DNA of 20,000 nt, taken from an uncultured virus (IMG/VR IMGVR_UViG_3300047321_000100). Lineage: Duplodnaviria; Heunggongvirae; Uroviricota; Caudoviricetes. Below the pieces are notes generated by a model. It had not been told where the DNA came from. It ran no database searches and saw only the letters and a list, made by a program, of their open reading frames with translations. The stretch lies in IMG/VR virus record IMGVR_UViG_3300047321_000100, one strand, 5' to 3'. This document shows positions 1 through 8,708 of the stretch, piece by piece (the first letter of the stretch is position 1; the number at the start of each line of letters is the position of its first letter). Position numbers and translations under genes: made by a program.

Positions 1-1383
1 ATCGATCGAACTGGCAGTCGTGAAAGTCGGCAAGTCGATCAGACGGTTGCGCATGCCGATCTGGACCGTAGGCGATCCGCCATCAACCATCGGACGAACG
101 CTAGTCAGGAAAGCCCGTTTCCCGCTGCTGCCGAAAGGCTCAATCTCGACCGTATCTGCCGTAGCATTCGCCGGCGAGCCAGTGAAATAGGCCAGTCTGT
201 GCTGCGGCGTGAAAGCACCCATCAGCACCTGTCCACCCGTCCACACACGCGAATCAAGCGAGAACGGCAGCGTATCCAGCGTATATCCAGTGCTGTCCAG
301 CGAATCGAGCGAATAACCCTGCGTGATCGCGCGGAAGATATAGTCGGCGTTGACCTGCGCGAATCCCCACTTGTTGAGCGCCCAGTTATAGACGATCAGA
401 GAATCGGGGATACCGCCCGGCGAACCATTTGACGGATACAGCCACATCACTAGGCGATTGAGCGGGTCTACCGCGCCGATCACGTTCTGGAGAAACGACG
501 TGTTCACATTTGCCCAGAACGTCTTGTCAACTCGGTCCACGCCAATCGGCGTCGAGGTCGAGCCGTCGAACGCATAGAAGCCATCTTCACCGAGGTAATA
601 GACGAGCGCTCCGAGTTGCGCGAGACTCTTGGGTGCTGGCGTGCCGCGGACACCTTCACACGGGTAGAACCCGAAGATCGTCGGCGATCCCTGATACACC
701 ACGCGCCAGATCGCGCGCTCGAAGAAGATCGCGCCGTCAGACGTGCCTAGGTTACCGACCATGCCCATGATCCAACCCTGATCGCCGGGGATAATCTGCG
801 AGCCGGAGAGCAACTGCGCTTCTGTCACGCTTCCTTCAGCCGGCCAGGTCGTCGGATCGTCAATCGCGCACCATTGAACACGCTGGGGCTGTTGCCCATT
901 CGTGCCGTCGAACGTATTGCCGACCATTACCCAGTCGCGGATCGTCATGATGTAGCGCGCTTGAGGTGGGCTACCAGCGAGATCGGCGAACAGTGTGCTT
1001 GAGTTGAGAACGTATGACTGAAGGTTCTGCCCTTGGGCGGCGGCGATCACGCGCTGACCGTATTGCGTGAAGTTCCATCGCTCACCTATCGGAAGCGTGT
1101 ATCCGCCTCCTTTGCTGACGTTTGCGAACGCCGTATTGCCTGGCGCCAGAAGATAGAGCTTCGAAACATCCCCGGCAAACAGGTAGTTGTTTGCGCCAGT
1201 GTCAATCGCCATCAATGCGCCAAGGCACTGAGAGGCCAGCCCGTTCGAACTGAAGTTAGACAGGGTTCCAACCGGCCCCCATGATTCTTTCGTGCGCGGG
1301 AACAGGTTCACCACATTCGCAGATGCGCCGCTCGAATTGTTCGGCGGCAGATCCGGCGCGTAATCGGCGATCGGAAGTTGCAT
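1..1383 (-). CDS. Podovirus tail tubular protein B / nozzle (P22 gp10- or T7 gp12-like), truncated by the window edge
   Basis: Not in the ORF track because there is no stop in the window. Manual translation from ATG at 1383 (TAATG overlap with the upstream gene) is open to base 1: MQLPIADYAPDLPPNNSSGASANVVNLFPRT...RVQWCAIDDPTTW...IFFERAIWRVVYQGSPTIFGF...VYYLGEDGFYAFDG. These beta-propeller-like motifs and the position after the adaptor gene fit a nozzle. Confidence 0.8.
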   Translation of the reverse strand, partial: MQLPIADYAPDLPPNNSSGASANVVNLFPRTKESWGPVGTLSNFSSNGLASQCLGALMAIDTGANNYLFAGDVSKLYLLAPGNTAFANVSKGGGYTLPIGERWNFTQYGQRVIAAAQGQNLQSYVLNSSTLFADLAGSPPQARYIMTIRDWVMVGNTFDGTNGQQPQRVQWCAIDDPTTWPAEGSVTEAQLLSGSQIIPGDQGWIMGMVGNLGTSDGAIFFERAIWRVVYQGSPTIFGFYPCEGVRGTPAPKSLAQLGALVYYLGEDGFYAFDGSTSTPIGVDRVDKTFWANVNTSFLQNVIGAVDPLNRLVMWLYPSNGSPGGIPDSLIVYNWALNKWGFAQVNADYIFRAITQGYSLDSLDSTGYTLDTLPFSLDSRVWTGGQVLMGAFTPQHRLAYFTGSPANATADTVEIEPFGSSGKRAFLTSVRPMVDGGSPTVQIGMRNRLIDLPTFTTASSID

Positions 1384-2066
1384 TATGCTGACACCATCGC
1401 GAGCGCCGAGCCGGACATATCCTCTGCGCGGTCAGTGAGGATGTAGCTCTGGATCTGCTGGTTGTAGAGCGAATCCCAGATTCCGTAAGCCTCCTGATCC
1501 TTGTTGAATCGCGCAGCGGCACGATTGGTTGCCGCAAGCATGATCGTCGGGATGGTGTTGACAATCCAGTTCGTGCTGTTCACCGCGGTCAACTGGAGTG
1601 CCTTTTTCCAGTAAATCCCGGTGATCGTGTAGCTCTGGTCCGGGTACGGGCCGAACACGAAATTGGCGCCCTGTCGCGCGATATACGCTGGCGTTCCAGA
1701 AGCAACCTGAGCCGGGTATTGCGTGTAGATGAACTCGGGGTTGACGCGCTGCAGTTCGAACGTGTTGCCGTTCAAAGATACAAGCGCGATCTTGAGCCCC
1801 AGATAGTCCGCAGGAACCGCAGCAGCGCCATTGGATACAGCAACGCTCAGGGAGGCTTCCATCGGACGCACACCACGTCCCTGATTGCCCGCAATGATGT
1901 CGCGATAGATGTCGGCCTCTGCAATCTGGATGAAATAGTCGATCCAGTTCCCGATGTCGGAACGCGCAAACCAGTCCTGAACGGCCTGCTTCAGCGAGTT
2001 GTAGTCGTAGACGCCTGCGACGCCTGTTGGCGTACCGCTGCCTTGTGACGGGACGAAAATCGTCAT
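1383..2066 (-). CDS. Head-tail adaptor / tail tubular protein A
   Basis: 227 aa; YNSLKQAVQDWFARSD...FIQIAEADI, VPADYL, GTPAYI, FGPYPDQSYTI and W(D)SLY motifs recalled as typical of podovirus adaptors; GGAG RBS upstream; lies before the nozzle gene. Confidence 0.75.
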   Translation of the reverse strand: MTIFVPSQGSGTPTGVAGVYDYNSLKQAVQDWFARSDIGNWIDYFIQIAEADIYRDIIAGNQGRGVRPMEASLSVAVSNGAAAVPADYLGLKIALVSLNGNTFELQRVNPEFIYTQYPAQVASGTPAYIARQGANFVFGPYPDQSYTITGIYWKKALQLTAVNSTNWIVNTIPTIMLAATNRAAARFNKDQEAYGIWDSLYNQQIQSYILTDRAEDMSGSALAMVSA

Positions 2067-2069
2067 GAC

Positions 2070-3062
2070 TTATCTCCGGCGACGCGCGCCAATCAGACCG
2101 TATGCCGACATCGTCGATGTCCCGAACGCTGTGAAGGCGCTTAGATATACAGTCGTCGTCGAAGCGAGACTTAGCCGAGTCATAGTGATAGGCATAGCGG
2201 TGCCCTGACCGGTAGCAAGTGTGCCTGCCAGGTAATACCAGGGCAGGATGGAACCTGATCCAGTCGGCAAAGTCGCTGACGTGGTACTGATCCATCCCGA
2301 GACTACGGAAACGGTGGTCGTTCCACCCGGAACAGTGATCACCTCGCCCCAGACATCCCAATCACCAGCGGTTAGTGAAATGCTGGCCACGTTTGTAGCG
2401 ACGCCGGTAGTCAACGAAACAGGCGTGCTTGAATTGGTCGCGCAGCCGGCCGGAGATCCACCGTTCGTCACCTGCGCGCAGATGTACTCGCCGACAGCCC
2501 CGGCATTTGCACTGTTGTTCGTCGTAGTTCCGACGATGCCGTTGGTCTGGGATGGAGTAAATGCGCCGGTCGATGTCAACGCCGCAGTCGTGACGGTGCC
2601 GGTAAAGGTCGGAGACGCTGCGGGGGCCGCGCCAAGACTCGTCAATGCCGCAGATGCACTCGTGGCGCCTGTTCCGCCTTGCGCTACAGACAGAGCCGTA
2701 GAGAGACCAGAGAGCGATGTGATATTGCTGTTCGCGCCAGATGTGGCGATCGCCGAATTGCAGCCGAAGCCGGAACCGTTGGTCCACTGCAACGCTTGAG
2801 CCGCGCCGTTGCAGCCGGTGACCGTAATCGCCGTGGGGCTCGCGCTGGACCCCGTTGCGTTGCCGACAACCGTATTAGCCGCCTGTGCAGCCAGGCTTGC
2901 CAGGCCTATCTTTCCCGTCGCGGTGAAAGTGCCGCTCACGGTCGCGTTGTTCAGCGTGGCTGTACCCTGTGATGTGACGTTGTTGAACGTCGGCGATGGG
3001 TAGCTCTGGCCGAACGCCAGCAGCGGCCACAGAATGGCCGCAATGATGATTCGTTTCAGCAT
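2070..3062 (-). CDS. Fibre-like, Thr/Ser/Gly/Ala-rich protein with an apparent N-terminal signal peptide
   Basis: Start taken at ATG 3062, one base after the upstream TGA (330 aa). Contains ITSLSGLSTALSVAQGGTGAT and ASPTFTGTV fibre-type motifs and a beta-rich C-terminal domain ending YGLIGARRRR. The N-terminus MLKRIIIAAILWPLLAFG|Q resembles a Sec signal. Confidence 0.65.
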   Translation of the reverse strand: MLKRIIIAAILWPLLAFGQSYPSPTFNNVTSQGTATLNNATVSGTFTATGKIGLASLAAQAANTVVGNATGSSASPTAITVTGCNGAAQALQWTNGSGFGCNSAIATSGANSNITSLSGLSTALSVAQGGTGATSASAALTSLGAAPAASPTFTGTVTTAALTSTGAFTPSQTNGIVGTTTNNSANAGAVGEYICAQVTNGGSPAGCATNSSTPVSLTTGVATNVASISLTAGDWDVWGEVITVPGGTTTVSVVSGWISTTSATLPTGSGSILPWYYLAGTLATGQGTAMPITMTRLSLASTTTVYLSAFTAFGTSTMSAYGLIGARRRR

Positions 3063-3063
3063 G

Positions 3064-3402
3064 TCAGGATACCGAGAGAACTCCCCCGTTGTTCCAGAGC
3101 TGACCGGAACTTGCAGGGAGCGAGGTAGGAAGGTCGGCCGGCAGCGGATCGACGAGCAGTACATCGTTCATCGTCACTGTCTGGATGTTCGCGCCGCTGA
3201 TAACAAGCTGATACCGGCCGTCCGCGGCATAGAACGAGAAAGCTCCCGTCGTATCGGTCGTCAGCGGGTTCGCTGTCTGCGTCGCGCCGTTATCCGAATA
3301 GATCGTTGCGGCAAGCCCCGAGGCCTGCAAGTTGACCTGCACCGATGCACCCGCCACCGGCGCACCGGTTAGATCGGCCACCGCGTTGGCGTACTTTTGC
3401 AT
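3064..3402 (-). CDS. Small virion protein resembling the particle-attachment N-terminal domain of tailspikes (prealbumin/carboxypeptidase-regulatory-like fold)
   Basis: 112 aa from ATG 3402; GAPVAGASVQV...ATIYSD...NPLTTDTTGAFSFYAADGRYQLVISG pattern, then a LPTSLPASSGQLWNNGGVLSVS tail. Confidence 0.6.
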   Translation of the reverse strand: MQKYANAVADLTGAPVAGASVQVNLQASGLAATIYSDNGATQTANPLTTDTTGAFSFYAADGRYQLVISGANIQTVTMNDVLLVDPLPADLPTSLPASSGQLWNNGGVLSVS

Positions 3403-3404
3403 GG

Positions 3405-3686
3405 TCAGATCTTCCGGTTGGTAGTGCGAAAAGCCGAATATTCCGGGCCCTTCAGGATCTTCGAGACCATCGGCCAATGATCCGGGTCCATGTAGTCCCA
3501 TCCATACTTGATCTTGATGTCGAGCATGACCGACATCGGCACGCGCATAACGTGCTTGAATTCGCCCATCTTCTCGAACTCGCCTTCAGACGAGCGCTTC
3601 GCATGGGTGTAATTCAGCAGCGATTCCACGTCCTCTGAATAGGCAACGTGAATCTTGCTGTCCTCTTCGTGGTAGGTCGTTTTCAT
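3405..3686 (-). CDS. Conserved-looking small phage protein downstream of capsid (hypothetical)
   Basis: 93 aa from ATG 3686 (TGAC-ATG junction); FKHVMRVPMSV...ILKGPEYSAFRT resembles small proteins seen after SU10-type capsid genes. Confidence 0.7.
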   Translation of the reverse strand: MKTTYHEEDSKIHVAYSEDVESLLNYTHAKRSSEGEFEKMGEFKHVMRVPMSVMLDIKIKYGWDYMDPDHWPMVSKILKGPEYSAFRTTNRKI

Positions 3687-3687
3687 G

Positions 3688-3993
3688 TCAGTGCGTGACT
3701 TCGATGATGTTGCATGTGCCGGTCGATGCGCCATCCTGAATCACCGCGATCTTTTCGCCGGGTGCGACCTTGAGCATGATCGGCGGATCGGATGCCTTGA
3801 TGAGCATGTCGGTCGCCACAGCCACCGGAGCATTGCCAAGACGAAGATGGCAATTGCCAGTCGTGGACACATAGACAGCGAACGTCGCGCTTCCGAATGC
3901 AGTTGCCGTCGCAGCGGATGTTGCGCCAACAGTGATGTTCTGGCCGGTCCCGGAAATGGGACGGACGGGTGAGATTGGAACCCAATGCGCCAT
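3688..3993 (-). CDS. Small beta-rich virion protein, possible capsid decoration/head fibre
   Basis: 101 aa from ATG 3993 with a GGGGA RBS; VYVSTTGNCHLRLG...ATDMLI...VAPGEKIAVI; first gene after the major capsid gene. Confidence 0.65.
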   Translation of the reverse strand: MAHWVPISPVRPISGTGQNITVGATSAATATAFGSATFAVYVSTTGNCHLRLGNAPVAVATDMLIKASDPPIMLKVAPGEKIAVIQDGASTGTCNIIEVTH

Positions 3994-4004
3994 TGCGAAT
4001 CCCC

Positions 4005-4033
4005 AAAAAAGTGGGGCGACCGAAGCCGCCCCC
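4005..4033 (-). terminator. Rho-independent terminator after the major capsid gene
   Basis: Minus strand GGGGCGGC-TTCG-GTCGCCCC-AC-TTTTTT. Confidence 0.85.
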
Positions 4034-4062
4034 AAAGTCGCCGCGAGGAGATTAGTTGCCGA

Positions 4063-5043
4063 TCAGCCCGTCGTGTCGGTCACGAGGCCGTGAGCCTTCT
4101 CGTTGCCCACTTCCAGCGTGTAATCGACAAGCAGCATCTTCTTGTCGCTGTCGCCGGTCTTTGCAAGCGGCGTGGTCTGGAACGGGCGCAGATAGGCAAC
4201 GCGCAGGTAGTTCGGGTTGATGAAGAAGCAGTCTTTCGACTGAGCCAGGAAGATGTCCGGGATGATCTTCACATCGCCGAAGTCCGACTGGTAGACATCG
4301 ACCGCCGTCTTCAGCGTCTTGTCTTCCACTTCGATGAAACGCGTGCCCGGACCAGCGAAGCCCGAAATGATCTGCTTGTTGACCGGCGAGACGACCGCGT
4401 ATTCCGGCGATTCGCCCGATGCCGAGTAGATCTTTTGCAATACCGACTTGACCATCGTTTCGGTCAGAGCCGTGGTCGCGCTGTTGTACGTGCGCGTGCT
4501 CGAACCGTCAGTCCAGCCGTTGGCGTTGAGCGACGGGTTCGCACCAGCCGGCGTGCCGCCCGTCTGGAACACCGTGTTGGTGTACAGCCAGCACGGCAGG
4601 CCGCCCATCTTCGCGGCTACCGACGAACTGCCAGCCGCTTTCGCGCTGTTGTAGGTCAGAATGCCTTCGATGTCGCGCTTCAGCTCCTTCGACTTCTTCA
4701 TGAGCTGGTAGCCCATCTTGTTCGTGCCACCCGCAGCCACGACGGCCTGCGACTTGCCCGACAACTGGACGACCTTGTTCGACGTTTGCACGTAGTTGCC
4801 CATGCGCGCGGTCGGCGAGAGAACCTGCGAGCTCGGATCGTCGCCTTCGACCTGTGCGTTCGACAGGTTTTGGGCCGCGAGCGAGTCGGTATCCCATTCG
4901 TGGTTGTTCTGCGTCGCCTTGTTCTTCTTCGTCATGTTCAGGATCGGCGTCTTGAACGGATCGACGTTGAAGATCAGGTTCGACAGATCTTCCCGGATGT
5001 TGGTCTGGGTGTACGTCTGGTAAGTATTCGACGGAACGGACAT
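4063..5043 (-). CDS. Major capsid protein (SU10/DUF5309-like, HK97 fold)
   Basis: 326 aa; REDLSNLIFNVDPFKTP, HEWDTDSL, NAQVEGDD, GNYVQ, ELKRDIE, SDFG and LAKTGDS motifs; AAGGAG RBS; follows the scaffold gene. Confidence 0.9.
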   Translation of the reverse strand: MSVPSNTYQTYTQTNIREDLSNLIFNVDPFKTPILNMTKKNKATQNNHEWDTDSLAAQNLSNAQVEGDDPSSQVLSPTARMGNYVQTSNKVVQLSGKSQAVVAAGGTNKMGYQLMKKSKELKRDIEGILTYNSAKAAGSSSVAAKMGGLPCWLYTNTVFQTGGTPAGANPSLNANGWTDGSSTRTYNSATTALTETMVKSVLQKIYSASGESPEYAVVSPVNKQIISGFAGPGTRFIEVEDKTLKTAVDVYQSDFGDVKIIPDIFLAQSKDCFFINPNYLRVAYLRPFQTTPLAKTGDSDKKMLLVDYTLEVGNEKAHGLVTDTTG

Positions 5044-5055
5044 GTCAAACTCCTT

Positions 5056-6108
5056 TTACTGGTTCGCGAAAAACTCGAACGCGTCTGCTTGCGCGTCCTG
5101 GTCGCGTGGATTCCGGCCTAGGCGATCCATCACTTGTTGACGTTTCGCCGCACTTGGATTGCTATCGACCCGAGATCCCGGTTTCGCCATCGGAGGCGCT
5201 TGCCGGACCTGCTTCAGAGCCTGGGGTGTGGCCGCTTGGAGTGCCCGATACCGCGCCGCGTCATCCAGCACAAGCATGATGCGGTGGTCGAATATCTGGC
5301 TAAGCTCGGCGTCCTGAAACCCCACGCTGCGGGCGTACTGAGCAATCTGATCTCTTGCTTTCGAAAAGGCTTGCGGGTCGCGCCATTCACTGCGCGCGCT
5401 CAATAACTTGTCGTTTTCCTGCGCGAGCGCCTGCTGACGCGCCTGCTGCTGCTGAATCGTTTCCTGCTGCTTGGCCTGATCGACCTGTTGCAGGAAGCCC
5501 TGAATCTGTTGCTGACGCTGGCCGAACTCGGTCTGCAATGCAGCGAACTCTGCCGGGTTATTCACGCGCAGACTGTTCCAGTCGATATTCTGGTAGTCGT
5601 GGTTCAGCATCTGCAAGGCGAGATTGCCCATCGCCTGATGCTGATGAAGCGCCTGCTGCGTGGCCTGCTGCCACTGCTGGCGCTCCTGTTCGAGCGCGGC
5701 CTTCTGGTTGCTGACCTCGATCGACTTGTTGTTGACGTGGCCTTCCAACTGATACGACTTCAGCACGTCGGCCAGCGGCACCTGCATTTCCTTGCCGTCG
5801 ATCTTGGCCGTGACGTGCAGGCCCATGACCGATTCGGGATCGATCTTGTGCGCGGCCAGCATCTCATTGAGCGACGAGTATTGAGGCGCTTCCTCGACCT
5901 CCTGTGCGGCTTCCGGCTTCTCTGCGCCCTGTTCCTCGGCTTGCGCCTCGCGAACCTCTTGCGCGTCGTTCTGCTGCGTCTGTGCGGCTTCTTCTTCGCG
6001 CGGGCGTTCAGCAGCTTCGGAGGCGTCCCAGAAGTTCTGGAATGCAGTCTCGATGCTAGGTGCCGCGGCGCCCTCAGTACTCGGGGTAGTCGCTACTACG
6101 TCGCTCAT
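5056..6108 (-). CDS. Capsid scaffolding protein
   Basis: 350 aa; acidic disordered N-terminus, VTAKIDGKEMQVPLADVLKSYQ motif, Gln-rich coiled coil; lies between portal and capsid. Confidence 0.8.
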   Translation of the reverse strand: MSDVVATTPSTEGAAAPSIETAFQNFWDASEAAERPREEEAAQTQQNDAQEVREAQAEEQGAEKPEAAQEVEEAPQYSSLNEMLAAHKIDPESVMGLHVTAKIDGKEMQVPLADVLKSYQLEGHVNNKSIEVSNQKAALEQERQQWQQATQQALHQHQAMGNLALQMLNHDYQNIDWNSLRVNNPAEFAALQTEFGQRQQQIQGFLQQVDQAKQQETIQQQQARQQALAQENDKLLSARSEWRDPQAFSKARDQIAQYARSVGFQDAELSQIFDHRIMLVLDDAARYRALQAATPQALKQVRQAPPMAKPGSRVDSNPSAAKRQQVMDRLGRNPRDQDAQADAFEFFANQ

Positions 6109-6121
6109 TTCTTGGCCTCAA

Positions 6122-6148
6122 ATAAAAAAGGCCCGCCGAAGCGAGCCT
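6122..6148 (-). terminator. Rho-independent terminator between the portal cluster and scaffold
   Basis: Minus strand AGGCTCGC-TTCG-GCGGGCCT-TTTTTAT. Confidence 0.8.
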
Positions 6149-6170
6149 GTTGTCGAAAGTTTGTCGGTTA

Positions 6171-6290
6171 TCAGAAAAGTCTGATGACTTCTATTTCCAT
6201 TCGGATCAGCATCGCGCCACCACAAAGACACACGGCAGCATAGGCGGCATGTACCGCGATCATTGCGCGTCGGTAAGTAAGATCAGTCAT
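6171..6290 (-). CDS. Putative 39-aa hydrophobic peptide
   Basis: ATG 6290 overlaps the upstream TGA (TGATG); MTDLTYRRAMIAVHAAYAAVCLCGGAMLIRMEIEVIRLF; ends just before the terminator. Confidence 0.45.
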   Translation of the reverse strand: MTDLTYRRAMIAVHAAYAAVCLCGGAMLIRMEIEVIRLF

Positions 6291-6571
6291 CAGCCGAACA
6301 TCTTGAAGCGCGACTTGCGCTCCTCGTCCTGCTTGATCTGGAATTGCGCGATTTCGCCCGTCTGCTTGACCTGATCCAGGTAGCTTTCGAGCGTGCTCCA
6401 GCACTGCAACAGCATGATCAGCCGCGAGTGCATGGTCTGGTCGGACATCGGAACGGCCTTCATCTGGCGCTGGATGCCCTCCAGAACTGCCTGCTTCGCC
6501 TCGACGAATATCTTTGAGTCGAGCACCTGCGCAGCGTCGCCGCCGCGGGTGATTTCTTCGTCAGAACCCAC
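6290..6571 (-). CDS. Small helical phage protein following portal (hypothetical)
   Basis: 93 aa, GTG start with a GAGG RBS, overlaps the portal stop; RGGDAAQVLDSKIF pattern recalled as common after podovirus portals. Confidence 0.75.
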   Translation of the reverse strand: MGSDEEITRGGDAAQVLDSKIFVEAKQAVLEGIQRQMKAVPMSDQTMHSRLIMLLQCWSTLESYLDQVKQTGEIAQFQIKQDEERKSRFKMFG

Positions 6572-8708
6572 GCTGCACCTCGCTCATATCCTGATTGATC
6601 ATCTGGCCGGCGTCGGCCGCGGCGTTCTGCTTCAACTGGCTCGCCACGATCTGGCCGATGACCTTCACCAGCGTCTGCCATTCCTGCGACTGGATCTGTT
6701 GCTGCTGGAGTTCCTGCTCGCCAGCCGACTGTTGCGCGCCGTGAGCGAGTTCCGCTTGCGCCTGCTGCAATTCGCTGTTCGCCTTGACCTGCTCTGTCTG
6801 AAGGCGAGTGTTTGCAATAGCCTGATCCGAACCTGCCTTGATCTGCGCGGCCTGTACGTGCGGATCTTGCGGCTGATGCGCTTTCGCAGCCATCGCCTGC
6901 TTGTACTCGTCCGAGTCAGGGTCCATGGCGTACTGCGTCGGGTTTTCTTCGCCGAGCAGGTGCGCCATCTTCCTGAACGTCTCGTAAGCCTGCTTCGGGC
7001 CGACCAGACCGAACGCGGCCAGTTCCTTTTGCGCCTGACCGAGCATCATCACGTTCGCGCGCGCTTCCTCGCGATTGCCCGAGCCGAGACCCACGTTCAC
7101 GCTGACCTGTGTACGTTCGCGCCAGTCGCCGGGATTCACGTCTACCCAACGATTCGTCAGCCGCAGCGTCATCGGCTTGTCCTGATGGCGCATGAGCAGC
7201 TTGTGGATCTTCGTGAATACCTCTTTGACGCCCTCGGCAAGCAGCCGCGCCACGAGTTCGACCTTCATCGCAGCCGCCGACATCGCCGCAAGCTGGCCGC
7301 CCTTCGTCACGTCCTGCAATGCATCAGCATCGACGCCCATCGTGTCCTTGCCGATGCCGGTGCGCATTTCGCGCTGCAAGTCGCAGTATTCGAGCGCCGG
7401 CAGGATCTGCTGCATGAGGTTCGACGGCTGCTGGAAAGGCACGATGTTGTCTGCAACCGGACCATCCACGCGGATAATCCCACCCGGCCGCGACGTGAGT
7501 AGATCCTGCACGTTCACATTGCGCCAGTTCACCGCAGTGCGCTGGTTATTGCTGATGTAGATGTTGTCCAGCGCCTGGCGGAACAGCGTCGTCTTGATGA
7601 CCTGCAAGTCATACAGCAGATCGTAGTAGCTGATCCCGACGTGGCGATGCGGCATGCGCACCGGCGAGCAATACGAATAGCTGACTTCCTCGACCTCGTC
7701 GTTGTCGAGAACCTTGTCGCCGCCCACCATCACGCGCCGCAACTCAGCGATCCCGTCGCCGTCGTAGTCCACACGGATAAACACCGTGCGCAGCGTCACA
7801 AGCTGGCTCGCCGGGTCTGTCGGTTCTTCCTCGCTCAACTGGTCCGTGACCTCGTTGCGCGCGAGTTCGATCAGGTCGAGCCACGACGGCTGAGCCTTGG
7901 TGATCGAATCGACCATATCGGCCGGGAATCCCATTTCGCGCAGTTCGGAGCGCGGCACCTTGCGTTCGTGCTCGGAGAATGGCGAATCGTCCAGACCATG
8001 CCGCGCCTGCGGAGAAATACGCATTTCTTCGGGCGGCACGCATTCGACGCAGATGCGGCCGACGTTGCGCGTGCGGCGAAGCTTGATGTCGAACGCCGGC
8101 TGCGGCTGCGGTCCTTGCGGGCCAACGATGAGGATGGTTTTTTCTTCCTGCTCCAGAATCTCGATCTCATCCTCGGTCTGCAGCAGTTCCGTGACCTCGA
8201 TTTCCGTCAGGCCGGTGTAACTCTCGACCGACGACTTGCGCTCCTTCAGCCAGTACGTGTTGATGTACCCGTTGCGCAGCAGCAGCGCGTCCTTGAAGAA
8301 GTCGTGCAGGATGAAGAAGCCGGGATTCTGCTTCATGAACACGTGGTTCACGACTTCCGTCTCGATCTCGGCCTGCGCGTCGTCGCCCTCTGACTCGGGA
8401 TCGAACTGAACAGGCTTGCCGTTGCCGACAAACATGCGCATGAGCGTCGGCATAATCCATTCGACCGTATCGCGCAGCTCAGGCAGCACGATCTGCGACC
8501 TGTCCTCGACCTCGTTACCGATCGGACGCGCGAAATAGGCGTTCAGCGCGTTGTAGCGGTCGATTTCGAGCGTCGTCATCTGCTGGCCGGCCGGCTTGAT
8601 GCTGCCGCCCACAGACGGGCCGGTCGAGACGTTCGAGCCGAGCGACGATTTTTCGTACTGGCCGATTAAAGCCAGCAGTTCTTCGTCGTTCATGCGCTGC
8701 TTAGCCAT
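6561..8708 (-). CDS. Portal protein (podovirus type)
   Basis: 715 aa immediately after TerL; VRDTVEWIMP-like motif (LRDTVEWIMPTLMRMF), FKDALLLRNG, DYDGDGIAELRRV, and a long Gln/Ala-rich C-terminal barrel-like coiled coil. Confidence 0.9.
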   Translation of the reverse strand: MAKQRMNDEELLALIGQYEKSSLGSNVSTGPSVGGSIKPAGQQMTTLEIDRYNALNAYFARPIGNEVEDRSQIVLPELRDTVEWIMPTLMRMFVGNGKPVQFDPESEGDDAQAEIETEVVNHVFMKQNPGFFILHDFFKDALLLRNGYINTYWLKERKSSVESYTGLTEIEVTELLQTEDEIEILEQEEKTILIVGPQGPQPQPAFDIKLRRTRNVGRICVECVPPEEMRISPQARHGLDDSPFSEHERKVPRSELREMGFPADMVDSITKAQPSWLDLIELARNEVTDQLSEEEPTDPASQLVTLRTVFIRVDYDGDGIAELRRVMVGGDKVLDNDEVEEVSYSYCSPVRMPHRHVGISYYDLLYDLQVIKTTLFRQALDNIYISNNQRTAVNWRNVNVQDLLTSRPGGIIRVDGPVADNIVPFQQPSNLMQQILPALEYCDLQREMRTGIGKDTMGVDADALQDVTKGGQLAAMSAAAMKVELVARLLAEGVKEVFTKIHKLLMRHQDKPMTLRLTNRWVDVNPGDWRERTQVSVNVGLGSGNREEARANVMMLGQAQKELAAFGLVGPKQAYETFRKMAHLLGEENPTQYAMDPDSDEYKQAMAAKAHQPQDPHVQAAQIKAGSDQAIANTRLQTEQVKANSELQQAQAELAHGAQQSAGEQELQQQQIQSQEWQTLVKVIGQIVASQLKQNAAADAGQMINQDMSEVQRGF

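Noticed and set aside
1432..2361. 309-aa alternative-frame minus-strand ORF
   Set aside because: Overlaps the adaptor and fibre genes; Arg/His/Ser-rich composition typical of off-frame translation.
3060..3069. TCC-TGA-C resembling a +1 frameshift site that would fuse the 112-aa domain to the fibre-like ORF
   Set aside because: The same TGAC-ATG junction occurs at 3686, 11406 and 13332, so it looks like the phage's routine coupling. There is no correctly spaced stimulatory SD, and fusion would bury the signal-like peptide.
5041..5058. Scaffold stop in frame with the capsid start (possible scaffold-capsid fusion)
   Set aside because: The stop is TAA and the 12-nt spacer is simply a strong AAGGAG RBS.
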